From Dehalococcoidia bacterium (GTDB lineage: Bacteria; Chloroflexota; Dehalococcoidia; Bin125), in NCBI GenBank assembly GCA_963663235.2, contig CAXXNO010000004.1:480001-544000 (forward strand): 64,000 nucleotides of DNA, in the 5' to 3' direction. A program made the position numbers and the translations under genes. Shown piece after piece: positions 39,902-50,155 of the stretch (positions within the stretch are counted from its first letter, which is position 1; each line of letters begins with the position of its first letter). Below the pieces are notes generated by a model, which did not search any database, was not told the DNA's origin, and saw only the letters and a program-made list of their open reading frames with translations.

Positions 39902-41833
39902 TCATAGCCGCACCAGGAATCCAAGCGCTCCGGCGCCGACGATGCCCAGGATCATCAGCAGGGCATAGTCCGGCAGCCGGCCGGTGACGTGGTATCTCAG
40001 CCAGGAGGCCCCGGAGCGAGTGATGTTGGCGGGGCCGTTCACGCCGGTGTCGTTGACGACGAAGCGGTCGAACCAGGCCACCGCCTGGCCGAGGGGCAGC
40101 ACGGCCCGGTCGATCGCCGTCTGGTAGAGCTCGTCGAAGTAGAACTTGTTCTGCACCACCATCGTGAGCCTCGGCGCGAACTCACTCAACCGCCGCGCGC
40201 GCTCCGCCTTCCCCCAGAAGAGCCAGAAGGCCGCGACGATCCCCGCCAGCGAGATGAGGCTGGTGGACGCGGCGATGGCGTTGCTGAAGTGGAAGTTCTC
40301 CGGCAGCGGGAAGTAGACGTAGTTGTTGATCCCGCCCGGGAAGCCCAGCGCCTCGCCCACCTGGTCGAAGGCGAAGAAGCCGACGCCGAGCGTGAGCAAC
40401 GCCAGGATGACCAGCGGGATCAGCATCGCCGGGGGCGCCTCCCGCGCCCGCCGGATCACGTCCAGGCTTTTTGGCGGGCCCAAGAACGTGATGATCACCA
40501 GTCGCATCATGTAAGCCGCCGAGAGGAACGCGGCGATCCCCATCAGGATCAGGATGCTGTCGTCCTGGTGCGCGCTCACGGCGACAAAGATCTCGTCCTT
40601 GGAGAAAAAGCCCGAGAGCGGCGGGATGCCCGCCAGGGCCAGCGCGCCGATGGTGAACGTCAGCGCGGTCACCGGCATGCGCCACCACAGCCCGCCCAGC
40701 TTGCCGGCGTCTTGCTCCTCCGTCATGTGGATGACGGAGCCGGCCCCCAGGAACAGCAGCGCCTTGAAAACGGCGTGCGTCAGCAGGTGGAACATGGCGA
40801 TGCCCACCGCGCCCGATCCCAACGCCACGAACATGAAGCCCAGCTGGCTCACGGTGGAATAGGCCAGGACCCGTTTGATGTCCGTCTGCACGAGGGCCAG
40901 CACCCCCGCCAGCAGCGCCGTGGTCAGGCCCACGCCCGTGACCACCGGCAGGACGCCCGCCGCGACGTCAAAGATGGGAAGCAGCCGCGCGACTAGATAC
41001 ACCCCCGCCACGACCATTGTGGCGGCGTGGATCAAGGCGCTGACCGGCGTCGGACCTTCCATGGCGTCGGGCAGCCACACGTGGAAGGGGACTTGGGCGC
41101 TCTTGCCCATGGCGCCCAGGAACACCAGCAATGTGGCCATGGTCAGATAGCCGTGGCCCATCACCTGGGGCAGGTCATTGGTCCGTCCGGCCTGCACTGC
41201 CTCAATGACGTCGCTGATCTGGAACGTGCCGGTGACGCGCCAGAACAGAATGATCCCGATGAGCAGCCCGACGTCGCCGAGCCGTGTGGTGACGAACGCC
41301 TTCTTGGCCGCTTCGACGGCGGAGGGCCGCTCATGATAGAAGCCGATCAGCAGGAAGGAGCACAGCCCGACCCCCTCCCAGGCGATGTAGAGAAGCAGGA
41401 AGTTGTCGGCCAGCACCAGCGTCAGCATGGCCGCGGCAAACAGCGAGTGCGCGGCGAAATACCACCAGTAGCGCGGCTCCGGCCGGCCGTGGTGGCGCAT
41501 GTAGGAGACGGAATAGACCTGCACCATCAGCGCGACGAGGGACACCACGGCCACCATCACCAGGGCGATGGAGTCCACCGTGAAGCCGATCCGCAGGGTG
41601 AAGCCGTCGAAGGAGAGCCAGTCGAAGCCGACGTTGGACAGCCCGCCCAGGCCCGCGCCGAAGGCGTCCAGGTGCGCTTCCAGGACGAACCCAAACAACA
41701 CGAAGACGCTGCCGATGGCGAAGATCGAGACCCAGTCGCCGCCGCGGGGCAGCCAGCGGCCCAGGACGAACAGGACGACGAAAGCGCAGGCCGGGATGGC
41801 CGGCAGGATCCAGGCGTGCTCCAGCCAGAACAT
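39902..41833 (-). CDS. nuoL: NADH-quinone oxidoreductase subunit L
   Basis: WEGVGLCS, GKSAQVP.H.WLPDAMEGPTPVSALIHAATMV, HAVFKALLFL. Confidence 0.96.
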   Translation of the reverse strand: MFWLEHAWILPAIPACAFVVLFVLGRWLPRGGDWVSIFAIGSVFVLFGFVLEAHLDAFGAGLGGLSNVGFDWLSFDGFTLRIGFTVDSIALVMVAVVSLVALMVQVYSVSYMRHHGRPEPRYWWYFAAHSLFAAAMLTLVLADNFLLLYIAWEGVGLCSFLLIGFYHERPSAVEAAKKAFVTTRLGDVGLLIGIILFWRVTGTFQISDVIEAVQAGRTNDLPQVMGHGYLTMATLLVFLGAMGKSAQVPFHVWLPDAMEGPTPVSALIHAATMVVAGVYLVARLLPIFDVAAGVLPVVTGVGLTTALLAGVLALVQTDIKRVLAYSTVSQLGFMFVALGSGAVGIAMFHLLTHAVFKALLFLGAGSVIHMTEEQDAGKLGGLWWRMPVTALTFTIGALALAGIPPLSGFFSKDEIFVAVSAHQDDSILILMGIAAFLSAAYMMRLVIITFLGPPKSLDVIRRAREAPPAMLIPLVILALLTLGVGFFAFDQVGEALGFPGGINNYVYFPLPENFHFSNAIAASTSLISLAGIVAAFWLFWGKAERARRLSEFAPRLTMVVQNKFYFDELYQTAIDRAVLPLGQAVAWFDRFVVNDTGVNGPANITRSGASWLRYHVTGRLPDYALLMILGIVGAGALGFLVRL

Positions 41834-41868
41834 CTAAGCGTGTGCTCCCATCGCGCCGGCGCGTGCGC

Positions 41869-42183
41869 TTACCACTTGAGCAAGTTCACTTCGTCTACGT
41901 TGACCGTGGCCCGGCTGCGGTACAGGCGCACCACGACACCCAGCGCCAGCGCCACCTCCGCCGCCGCGATCACGACCACGAAGAACGCGAAGATGATCCC
42001 GGTGAAGTTGCCGAAGGGGATGCGCCCGTAGACGGCGAACGCCACCAGGTTGATGCTCACAGCGTTGAGCATCAGTTCGACCGACATGAGGATGGCGACG
42101 GCGTTGCGGCGGGTCAGCACGCCCATGACGCCGATGCTGAAGAGGATCGCGCTGACCACCAGGACGTTCTCGAGAGGCGGCAC
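41869..42183 (-). CDS. nuoK: NADH-quinone oxidoreductase subunit K
   Basis: RRN...LMSVELMLNA, AAAEVA. Confidence 0.95.
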   Translation of the reverse strand: MPPLENVLVVSAILFSIGVMGVLTRRNAVAILMSVELMLNAVSINLVAFAVYGRIPFGNFTGIIFAFFVVVIAAAEVALALGVVVRLYRSRATVNVDEVNLLKW

Positions 42184-42689
42184 TAGCGCTCCTCCTCGTC
42201 GTCCGGCAGCGAGAGCAGGATGGCGCCGGCCAGCGCAATCAGGAGGACCACGGAGACCACTTCAAACGGCACCGCCCAGACGCTAAAGAGCACGTCGCCG
42301 ATCTCCTGGAAGGGCACCGGCTCAATATCGTCCCGCGCCGGCTGCGTCCACTCCGTCGCGACGATGCCGCCGATGAACGCCGCCAGCAGCCCGCCGGCCA
42401 CGGCCACGGCGAAGGGGCGGTTCTTGCCGAACACCGCCTGCGGGCGCTCCCGCGATCGCGTCAGCATGAGCGCGAAGAGGACCAGCATGATCACGGCGGC
42501 GCCGTAGATCACCAGCTGCGCCAGGGCCAGGAACTCCACGGAGAGAATGACGTAGACCCCCGCCACGGCGGCGAGGGCCATGATGAGGGCAAGAGCCGCG
42601 TGGACGATGTTGCGGAAAAGCACGACGCCCAGGCCGGCCGCAATCATGAAGAACGCGATGATGTAGAAAACGACTTCGGTCGCGGTCAC
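42183..42689 (-). CDS. nuoJ: NADH-quinone oxidoreductase subunit J
   Basis: RNIVHAAL, EFLA..Q..IY.AA...LVLF..ML, PFEVVSV.LL; GTG start at 42689. Confidence 0.92.
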   Translation of the reverse strand: MTATEVVFYIIAFFMIAAGLGVVLFRNIVHAALALIMALAAVAGVYVILSVEFLALAQLVIYGAAVIMLVLFALMLTRSRERPQAVFGKNRPFAVAVAGGLLAAFIGGIVATEWTQPARDDIEPVPFQEIGDVLFSVWAVPFEVVSVVLLIALAGAILLSLPDDEEER

Positions 42690-42700
42690 GCGTCGTCCAC

Positions 42701-43924
42701 CTAGGAACCGCTGCCCCCGCCGGCTCCGCTCACGTCGGATGCGGTGATCATGCGCGGGCGCGCGGGCCGCAGCCGGAGCCTGCGGGCGGCCTCCCCCGCC
42801 TGAAGCCGTGCCCGACCGTAGACCAGGCCGGCCAAAAGGACAAGCAGCGCCAGCGAGGTCAGGCCGATGATCCAGTCGGCGCCGTTGTAGGCCAGGATGA
42901 TGGCGTTCGCCATGACTTGGAAGATCGAGAACGGCAACAGCACCTTCCAGGAAAAGGCCATCAACTGGTCGATGCGCAGGCGCGGCATGACCGCGCGCGA
43001 CCAGAAGATGACGAAGATCAGCGCCGACGCCTTGAGCAACGTCAGGACCAACTGCAGGCCCAGGCCGGCGTCTGCGCCGAAGGGGAAGTTCCAGCCGCCC
43101 AGGAACACCACCGACGCTATGAGCACCAGGAGCAGCAGGGCGGTGTACTCCGCCAGGAAGAAGAAGCTCCAGCGGATGCCGCTGTATTCGATGAAATACC
43201 CTCCCACCACCTCGGACTCGGCGACCGGCGTGTCGAACGGCGGCCGGTGCAACTCGGCCAGCGCCGCCACCATGAAGATGACGAAGCCCAGCGGCTGCAA
43301 GAGGAAGAACGGCGTGGTGCGCTGGTCCCCGGCGATCACATTGAGGTTCAGCGCGCCCGCCGCGCTGCCGGTGTCGGCGATGAGGTGGCTCGCCACGATC
43401 AGCACCACGCCCACGCTGACCATCAGCATGGGCAGCTCGTAGGAGATCGCCTGTGCGGCGGCGCGCACGGCTCCCAGCAGTGCGTACTTGTTGTCCGATC
43501 CCCAGCCCGCCATGACCACCCCCACAAGGTTCAGCCCCAGGACGCCGAAGACGTAGAGGAAGCCCAACTCCAGGTCGCGCACGATCCACGTCTGGGTGAA
43601 GGGTATGGGGACGAAGATCAGAAAGATGGGGACGAAGGCGAAGTACGGCGCCAGCTCAAAGACCCAGCGATCCGCCGAGGTCGGTCGCAGGTCCTCTTTG
43701 GCCATGAGCTTGAGGGCGTCGGCCGCCGATTGCAGTATGCCGAAGGGGCCGGTGCGGGTGGGCCCCACCCGCTGATGGAACCGCGCCAGAACCTTGCGCT
43801 CGAGGTAGATGAGCGCCAGCGCGTTGACCGTCATCAATGCAACGATGAAGACGATCCGAAGCAGCGCGTCCACGACGGCCGGCAGGTCGACGCCGGCGAA
43901 TTCGCTCAGGACGACGTCCGGCAT
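42701..43924 (-). CDS. nuoH: NADH-quinone oxidoreductase subunit H
   Basis: ERKV.AR...R.GP, ADALKL..KED, NKYALLG..R, SYE, PFD.P.AESE, PRLRIDQ. Confidence 0.95.
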   Translation of the reverse strand: MPDVVLSEFAGVDLPAVVDALLRIVFIVALMTVNALALIYLERKVLARFHQRVGPTRTGPFGILQSAADALKLMAKEDLRPTSADRWVFELAPYFAFVPIFLIFVPIPFTQTWIVRDLELGFLYVFGVLGLNLVGVVMAGWGSDNKYALLGAVRAAAQAISYELPMLMVSVGVVLIVASHLIADTGSAAGALNLNVIAGDQRTTPFFLLQPLGFVIFMVAALAELHRPPFDTPVAESEVVGGYFIEYSGIRWSFFFLAEYTALLLLVLIASVVFLGGWNFPFGADAGLGLQLVLTLLKASALIFVIFWSRAVMPRLRIDQLMAFSWKVLLPFSIFQVMANAIILAYNGADWIIGLTSLALLVLLAGLVYGRARLQAGEAARRLRLRPARPRMITASDVSGAGGGSGS

Positions 43925-44059
43925 CTCGCTCTCCGGGCCGCCTCCGCGGACAGCGGCCGCCGGGACTCCGCTTCGTCTCTGCCGAGCAGGCTACGCCCTC
44001 CGGCAGGCAAGAGCCAGTCGCCGCCGCGCCGCCGCCGTGCGGCCGCACCGCCCGGATCG

Positions 44060-45208
44060 TTAGCGGTCCACCTCGCCGAGCACGATGTCGATCGATCCCA
44101 ACATGAGGACCGCGTCGGCGATGTACGCGCCCACCGCTTGGTGCTTGAGCGAACTCAGGTTGTGGAAGCAGGGGCTGCGCACCTTCATGCGCCAGGGGCC
44201 AGTGGAGCCGTCGGACACCATGTAGATGCCGTACTCCCCCCGCGGGTTCTCCTGGCGCATGTAGACCTCGCCCGGGTCCGGCCGCAGGACGCGCGGCATC
44301 GCCTCCGAGACGATAGGGCCGCTCGTCGGCAGCTGGTCCAACGCCTGTTCGACGATGCGCACCGACTGGCGCATCTCCTCCAGCCGCACGAGGTAGCGGT
44401 CGTAGACGTCGCCGCGGTCGCCGGTGGGGATCTCCCAATCGAATCGGTCGTAGATGGAGTACGGCTCGTCGACGCGCAGGTCCAGGGGCACGCCGGAGGC
44501 CCGCAGCATGGGGCCGGTCACGCCGAAGTTGATCGCGTCCTCCGCGGAGAGGTTGCCGACGTCGCGGCAGCGGGCGATCATGATTTCGTTGGTGGTCATC
44601 AACTGGTCGACGTCTTTGATGCCCTCGATCACTCGCTGCAGCACCCAGCGGGAATCATCGAGGAAGGTTGGATGCGGTTCCCAGGCGAGGCCGCCGACGC
44701 GGAAGTAGTTGTACATCATGCGGTCGCCGCAGACGGCCTCGAACAGGTCCTGGATCCGCTCACGCTCCTTGAAGCTCCACGTGAACGCGGTGCCGAAGAA
44801 GCCGATGTCCGTGCCGAAGGAGCCCATGAACATGAAGTGCGAGAGGATGCGGTTCAGTTCGGCCAAGATCAAGCGCACGTACTCGGCGCGCTCCGGCACC
44901 TCGATGCCGGCCAGCCGCTCCACGGCGTTGCAGTAGACCCATTCGTTGTTGAAGGCGGCCAGGTAGTCGGTGCGGTCCTGGAAGCCCAGCGCGCCCCGGT
45001 AGTCCAGGTTCTCCGAGAGCTTCTCCGCACCGCGATGCAAATAGCCGATGTACGACGTGACATCCTTGATCTGCTCGCCGTCCACGGTGAGGACCATGCG
45101 GAACACCCCGTGCGTCGACGGGTGCTGCGGCCCCATGTTGATGTTCATGTCGACCGTCTCGAACTCTTCTTCGAAGACGACCGGGTCCGTGACCAACTGC
45201 TGGGTCAC
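44060..45208 (-). CDS. nuoD: NADH-quinone oxidoreductase subunit D
   Basis: NMGPQHPSTHGV, GYLHRG.EK, GPMLRASG, ENPRGE, GEVDR. Confidence 0.96.
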   Translation of the reverse strand: MTQQLVTDPVVFEEEFETVDMNINMGPQHPSTHGVFRMVLTVDGEQIKDVTSYIGYLHRGAEKLSENLDYRGALGFQDRTDYLAAFNNEWVYCNAVERLAGIEVPERAEYVRLILAELNRILSHFMFMGSFGTDIGFFGTAFTWSFKERERIQDLFEAVCGDRMMYNYFRVGGLAWEPHPTFLDDSRWVLQRVIEGIKDVDQLMTTNEIMIARCRDVGNLSAEDAINFGVTGPMLRASGVPLDLRVDEPYSIYDRFDWEIPTGDRGDVYDRYLVRLEEMRQSVRIVEQALDQLPTSGPIVSEAMPRVLRPDPGEVYMRQENPRGEYGIYMVSDGSTGPWRMKVRSPCFHNLSSLKHQAVGAYIADAVLMLGSIDIVLGEVDR

Positions 45209-46252
45209 CTAGCCCTCCGCTTTCTTTTCCGCGCGGCGCTGCGCGGCCAGTTCGCGCGCGCGCGCGACTCGGTCGGCTTGGTCGGCTTTCTTGGCCTCGC
45301 GCTCCTCCGGCGTCATGTCGGCCGTGGCCTTTTTCGCGGCGGCGGCCGGAGCCGGAGCGGCCGGCTTGGTGGGGGCGGCGGGCGCTACCGCTGCGGGCGC
45401 CTCGGCGACGGACGCCTCGGCCGCGACCGCCTTCGTCGCGGCCTTCGGCGGGCCGAGTTCCGCCCGCCGGGCGGCGGCCAGTTCACGGCCGCGCTGCACC
45501 CGTTCGGCCTGGGCGGCCTTCTTGGCGGCCAACTCCTCCGGCGTGAGGTCCGCCGCGGGTTTGGCATCCGCCTTGCCTCCCACGGCCGCCTCCGCCCGCT
45601 TCTTGGCTTCGGCGATGCGACGGGCCCGCTCGTCATCCACGGGGGCGGCGGCCGTCTCCTCCGCCGCGGGCGGCTCCTGGCGGGGGTGCGTCTTGGTGAA
45701 GTACTCGACGTCGACGCCCTGCTTGAGCTCGATCGGCGCCAGCGGGTGGCTCCGGCGCAGGACCGGGATGTCAAAGTCTTCGTCCAGCAGCAGGTTGCGC
45801 GGGTCCGGGTGCCCCTCGAACTCGATGCCGAACATCTCCCGGCATTCGCGCTCCGCCCACTCGGCCATGGCCCAGAGGTCGGTGACCGTGGGCAGCGAGG
45901 GGTTCTCGGCGGGCACCCACGTCTTGATCGCTACGGAGTGATAGAGCGAGGTGGAGTAGAGGTGATAGACGACCTCTAGCCCGCGCTCCAGCCAGTCCAC
46001 CGCGGTCTGGTTGCGCAGGAGGTCCATACGCAGCATGGGATGGTCGCGAGAGACCTTGAGGATGTGGTGCAGCTGCTCCGGCGGGACGGTCAGCGCGACG
46101 TCCCACTTGGTCTGCTCGGCCTCGAAGTCCACGGCCGCGATCGCCTCGCGGTACAGATCGGCGATGCTGCCCGGCTCCGGCGGGACAGGGGTCCGCTCCT
46201 TGGCCGGCGGCTTGGGGGCGCTCGCGGCCGTGGCTTTCGCGTCGCTCGTCAT
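45209..46252 (-). CDS. nuoC: NADH-quinone oxidoreductase subunit C with long Ala/Lys/Pro-rich C-terminal extension
   Basis: AVDW, VVYHLYS, W.ERE..EMFGI.F.GHPD.R. Confidence 0.9.
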   Translation of the reverse strand: MTSDAKATAASAPKPPAKERTPVPPEPGSIADLYREAIAAVDFEAEQTKWDVALTVPPEQLHHILKVSRDHPMLRMDLLRNQTAVDWLERGLEVVYHLYSTSLYHSVAIKTWVPAENPSLPTVTDLWAMAEWAERECREMFGIEFEGHPDPRNLLLDEDFDIPVLRRSHPLAPIELKQGVDVEYFTKTHPRQEPPAAEETAAAPVDDERARRIAEAKKRAEAAVGGKADAKPAADLTPEELAAKKAAQAERVQRGRELAAARRAELGPPKAATKAVAAEASVAEAPAAVAPAAPTKPAAPAPAAAAKKATADMTPEEREAKKADQADRVARARELAAQRRAEKKAEG

Positions 46253-46812
46253 AGAGAGCGGCTCCGGTCCTCCATGATCTTGTCTTGGAGGGACAGGAAG
46301 CCGTCCAGCAGCGACTCCGGCCGCGGAGGGCAGCCGGGAACGTACACGTCGACGGGAATGATGTTGTCCACCCCTTGCAGGACGCGGTCGTACTGCGTGT
46401 AGGGGCCGCCGTTGGTGGCGCAGGCGCCCATGGCGATCACCCACTTGGGGTGGGGCATCTGCTCGTAGAGCAGTTTGACGGCCGGCGCCATCTTCTTGGT
46501 CACGGTGCCGGCCACGATCATCACGTCGCTCTGACGCGGCGACGGCCAGGGCACGATGCCGAAGCGGTCGAAATCGTGATTGGACATGTACGTGGAGATC
46601 ATCTCGATCGCGCAGCAGGCCAGCCCGAAGGTCATGGGCCAGAGCGAGGACTTGCGCGCGGCCGCGATCACGGCATCGGCGGGCACCTGCATGACGCCCG
46701 GCAAGACCGCCTTGTACAGAACGGTCGGCGGCTCGACGTCGGAGGGGACGAGCCGCAGTCTCTCCGGGGTGGGAGAGAGGGAGACTACCTCTCCACTGTC
46801 CCTTTCTGCCAT
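46249..46812 (-). CDS. nuoB: NADH-quinone oxidoreductase subunit B
   Basis: [34 protein letters not shown]. Confidence 0.96.
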   Translation of the reverse strand: MAERDSGEVVSLSPTPERLRLVPSDVEPPTVLYKAVLPGVMQVPADAVIAAARKSSLWPMTFGLACCAIEMISTYMSNHDFDRFGIVPWPSPRQSDVMIVAGTVTKKMAPAVKLLYEQMPHPKWVIAMGACATNGGPYTQYDRVLQGVDNIIPVDVYVPGCPPRPESLLDGFLSLQDKIMEDRSRSL

Positions 46813-47180
46813 TCCAGGACACCTTTCCGCCAGGCATAGCCCAGGCCTATGCCCAGAATTCCGATGAAGAGGATCATCTCCCACAGGACGAAGCGGCCCA
46901 CGCTGTCGGTGAGCCCCAGGAAGGACGTCGCCCAGGGGAAGAGGAAGATGATCTCCACATCAAACACCAGGAAGAGGATGGCGAAGATGTAATAGCGTAC
47001 GTGCACCTGCACCCAGTTCCGGCCGATGGGCAGCATGCCGCACTCGTACACCTGCCCCTTGAGCCGGGTCTTGCGTCGGGGCGCCAGGAGTTTGGTGACC
47101 ATCAGCCCGTTCAGCACCACGAAGGTGCCGACCAGCGCCGCGATCAGCACTGCGCTGTAGTTCTCAAGCAGTTCGGACAC
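46785..47180 (-). CDS. nuoA: NADH-quinone oxidoreductase subunit A
   Basis: [24 protein letters not shown]. Confidence 0.94.
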   Translation of the reverse strand: MSELLENYSAVLIAALVGTFVVLNGLMVTKLLAPRRKTRLKGQVYECGMLPIGRNWVQVHVRYYIFAILFLVFDVEIIFLFPWATSFLGLTDSVGRFVLWEMILFIGILGIGLGYAWRKGVLEWQKGTVER

Positions 47181-47331
47181 GCAACGCTCCCCCGCGCATC
47201 GAGCCGGGCGTCCAGGCAGCACCGTACCGCTGCATTAGGCAACGGCGAGGTTGCAAAAGCAAGCCTGGTCAGATCGTAGGCAGGGGTCCTGGGCCTGTCA
47301 ACGAAATGCGGGTGTCCGCCACGGTGGCGCC

Positions 47332-50139
47332 CTACTCCAGCTCCGCCAGCCGGGACTGCAGCCCGCGCAGGCGCCCTTGCACCTCCTCGTGCCGGGCCTG
47401 TTCTCGGGCGATGACCTCCGCTGGGGCCTTTGTGCGGAAGCCGTCGCTGGCGAGCTTGCCTTCGATCCGCCGGATCCGATCTTCGCTCTCGGCGATCTCC
47501 TTCTCCAGCCGCGTCCGCTCCGCCGCCAGGTCCACCAGCCCGCCGAGCGGCAGCACCACTTCCCCCCGGCTCAGCACCCGCGCCACGACCTGTTCATGGG
47601 GCGCGGCGCTGCGATCGCTCACGACGTGGAGCGGTCGGGCTCGGGCGAGCACCTCCACCACGGCAGCCCGATCGCGCAGGATCGTTGCGTCGTGGTCGGC
47701 GACGACGTACGCCTCAACCCAGCGCCCCGCCTCCACCCTCTTCTCGGCGCGGACCGTGCGGATGGCGCGCACCACCTCCTGGAGCGCGCCGAAGGTCCGC
47801 TCGGCGCCGTCGTCGATCCAGCGCGCCTCGCCACGCGGGTACGGTGCCACGATCAACGCGGCGGCGGCTTCATCCCGCAGATGGGGTCGCAGCCGCTGCC
47901 AGATCTCCTCCGTGACGAAGGGCATGTACGGGTGCAGCAGGCGCAGGCCGCTGTCCAGGACGTGCACCAGCACGGGCAGCGGTGAGCGGTCGCCGGCGCG
48001 CAGCCGGACCTTGCTGGCCTCGACGTACCAGTCGAAGAACTCGTTCCAGAGGAAGTCGTGGATCTGGCGGCCCGCTTCGCCCAACTGAAAGTCGCCGAGC
48101 AGCGTATCGACGCCGCCGGCGAGCCGGTGCAGGCGCGAGAGGATCCAGCGGTCCTCCGGCAAGAGCGCGGTCGCGCCGGCCGGGTCCGGCCTGTCGACGC
48201 GCGCGCCGTCCAGTTCGCCGAGCACGAACCGGGCGCCGTTCCAGAGCTTGTTGGCAAAGTTGCGGCTGCCCTGCAGGCGCTCGTCGGTCATGCGCATGTC
48301 GTTGCCCGGCGTGGAGCCGGTGGCGAGGGTGAAGCGCAGGGCGTCCATGCCGTACTGCTCGCCGGCGACCAGCGGGTCGATGGCGTTGCCCAGGCTCTTG
48401 CTCATCTTGCGCCCCCCGGCGTCGCGCACCAGGCCGTGTAGGTAGATGCTGCGGAAGGGTGGCACGCCGTCCATGTTGTGGCAGGAGAGCATGACCATGC
48501 GGGCGACCCAAAAGAAGATGATGTCGTAGCCCGTCTCCATGACCGAGGTGGGATAGAAGCGGCGCAGATCCGGGCTCTGTTCCGGCCAGCCCAGCGTCGA
48601 GTGAGGCCAGAGGCCGCTGCTGAACCAGGTGTCGAGCACGTCCGGGTCTTGGATCAGCGTCCCCGCGCCGCACGCCCCGCACCCCTCCTCCGGCTCGCTC
48701 TCCCCGCTCACGATCGGCGTCACGCCCTCGCCGATCTGGACCCGGTCGGCCCGCTCCACGATCGCCGCCTCGTCGAAGCCCTGACGCAGCAGGTCGGACA
48801 CCCGCCCGGCCGCCTCCTCGTTCTTGAGCGCGACCGTGATGCGCTCGCCGTCGCAGCGCAGGCAGTACCAGACGGGGATGCGATGCCCCCACCACAACTG
48901 GCGGCTGATGCACCAGGGGCGGATGTTCTCCAGCCACTGCAGGTAGACCTTGGTGAAGCGCTCCGGCACGATGCGCACTTCCCCGTCGCGCACCACCTGG
49001 GCCGCCTTGGCGGCCAGGGCGTCCATCTCCACGAACCATTGATCGCTGACCAGCGGCTCGACCACCGTGTTACAGCGCTGGCAGTGGCCCACGCTGTGGG
49101 CATACTCCTCGCGTTTGACGATGAGCCCGGCCGCCTCCAGGTCGGCCACGGCGCGGCGCCGGGCCTCGTCGCGGTCCAGGCCCGCATAGGGGCCGGCGGC
49201 TTCGCTCATGACGCCGTCCCAGTCGATGGCGCGGATGGCCTCCAGCCCGTGCCGCTCGCCGATCTCGAAGTCCAGGGGATCGTGCCCGGGCGTGATTTTC
49301 AGCGCGCCGCTGCCGAAGTCGATCTGCACGGCGGCGTCGGCGATGACGGGCAACTCGCGTTCGATCCCGGGCAGCGGCAGGCGCACGCGCCGGCCGACGG
49401 CGTCACGCCAGCGCTCGTCCTCCGGGTTCACGGCCACGGCGACGTCGGCGACGATCGTCTCCGGTCGCGTGGTGGCGATGACCATGCCGCCGTCTCCGTC
49501 GTCGGCCCACGGGTACCGCACGTACCAGAGCGCGCCGCGCTCCTCCTCGTAGTCGACTTCGAGGTCGGAGATGGCGGTCTGGCAGCGGGGACACCAGTTG
49601 ATGATGCGGTGCCCGCGGTAGATCTTGCCGTCCCGGAACAGGTTGACGAACGTGGTGCGGACCGCGCGCTGCGGGCCCGCATCCAGCGTAAAGACCGTTC
49701 GCGACCAGTCGCAGGAGGCGCCCATCAGCCGCAGCTGCTCCTCGATGCGGGGCCGGGTTTCGTTGACCCAGCGCCAGACCCGCTCGACGAACGCGTCGCG
49801 GCCCAGGTCGTGCCGGCTGAGGCCCTCCTTGGCCAATGCGGCTTCGACCACGTTCTGGGTGGCGATCCCGGCGTGGTCCACCCCGGGCACCCAGAGCGTC
49901 GGCTCGCCGAGCATCCGGTGCCAGCGGCAGAGCACGTCCTCGATGGTGGTCGTCAGCGCGTGGCCCAGGTGCAGCGCCCCCGTGACGTTGGGGGGCGGCA
50001 TGATGATGGTGAACGGTGGGGCGCCGTCCCGATCATGCGGCTGGAAGTAGCCGCCCTGCTCCCAGAACGCGTACGTCCGGCCTTCGACCGCGTGCGGGCG
50101 ATACGCTTTCGGTAGGGGCGCGGCGCTGGCTGGGGTCAC
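47332..50139 (-). CDS. valS: Valine--tRNA ligase
   Basis: PPPNVTG.LHLGH, DHAGIATQ, WCISRQLWWGHRIP, KMSKS, C-terminal coiled coil. Confidence 0.97.
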   Translation of the reverse strand: MTPASAAPLPKAYRPHAVEGRTYAFWEQGGYFQPHDRDGAPPFTIIMPPPNVTGALHLGHALTTTIEDVLCRWHRMLGEPTLWVPGVDHAGIATQNVVEAALAKEGLSRHDLGRDAFVERVWRWVNETRPRIEEQLRLMGASCDWSRTVFTLDAGPQRAVRTTFVNLFRDGKIYRGHRIINWCPRCQTAISDLEVDYEEERGALWYVRYPWADDGDGGMVIATTRPETIVADVAVAVNPEDERWRDAVGRRVRLPLPGIERELPVIADAAVQIDFGSGALKITPGHDPLDFEIGERHGLEAIRAIDWDGVMSEAAGPYAGLDRDEARRRAVADLEAAGLIVKREEYAHSVGHCQRCNTVVEPLVSDQWFVEMDALAAKAAQVVRDGEVRIVPERFTKVYLQWLENIRPWCISRQLWWGHRIPVWYCLRCDGERITVALKNEEAAGRVSDLLRQGFDEAAIVERADRVQIGEGVTPIVSGESEPEEGCGACGAGTLIQDPDVLDTWFSSGLWPHSTLGWPEQSPDLRRFYPTSVMETGYDIIFFWVARMVMLSCHNMDGVPPFRSIYLHGLVRDAGGRKMSKSLGNAIDPLVAGEQYGMDALRFTLATGSTPGNDMRMTDERLQGSRNFANKLWNGARFVLGELDGARVDRPDPAGATALLPEDRWILSRLHRLAGGVDTLLGDFQLGEAGRQIHDFLWNEFFDWYVEASKVRLRAGDRSPLPVLVHVLDSGLRLLHPYMPFVTEEIWQRLRPHLRDEAAAALIVAPYPRGEARWIDDGAERTFGALQEVVRAIRTVRAEKRVEAGRWVEAYVVADHDATILRDRAAVVEVLARARPLHVVSDRSAAPHEQVVARVLSRGEVVLPLGGLVDLAAERTRLEKEIAESEDRIRRIEGKLASDGFRTKAPAEVIAREQARHEEVQGRLRGLQSRLAELE

Positions 50140-50155
50140 GGGAAGACCGGCCCCG

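Noticed and set aside
42917-45979. 1020-aa plus-strand ORF and other long antisense ORFs (e.g. 50174-52732, 31092-33218, 7568-9250, 60431-62641)
   Set aside because: Shadow ORFs opposite well-supported genes; expected with high GC3 codon bias; no motifs
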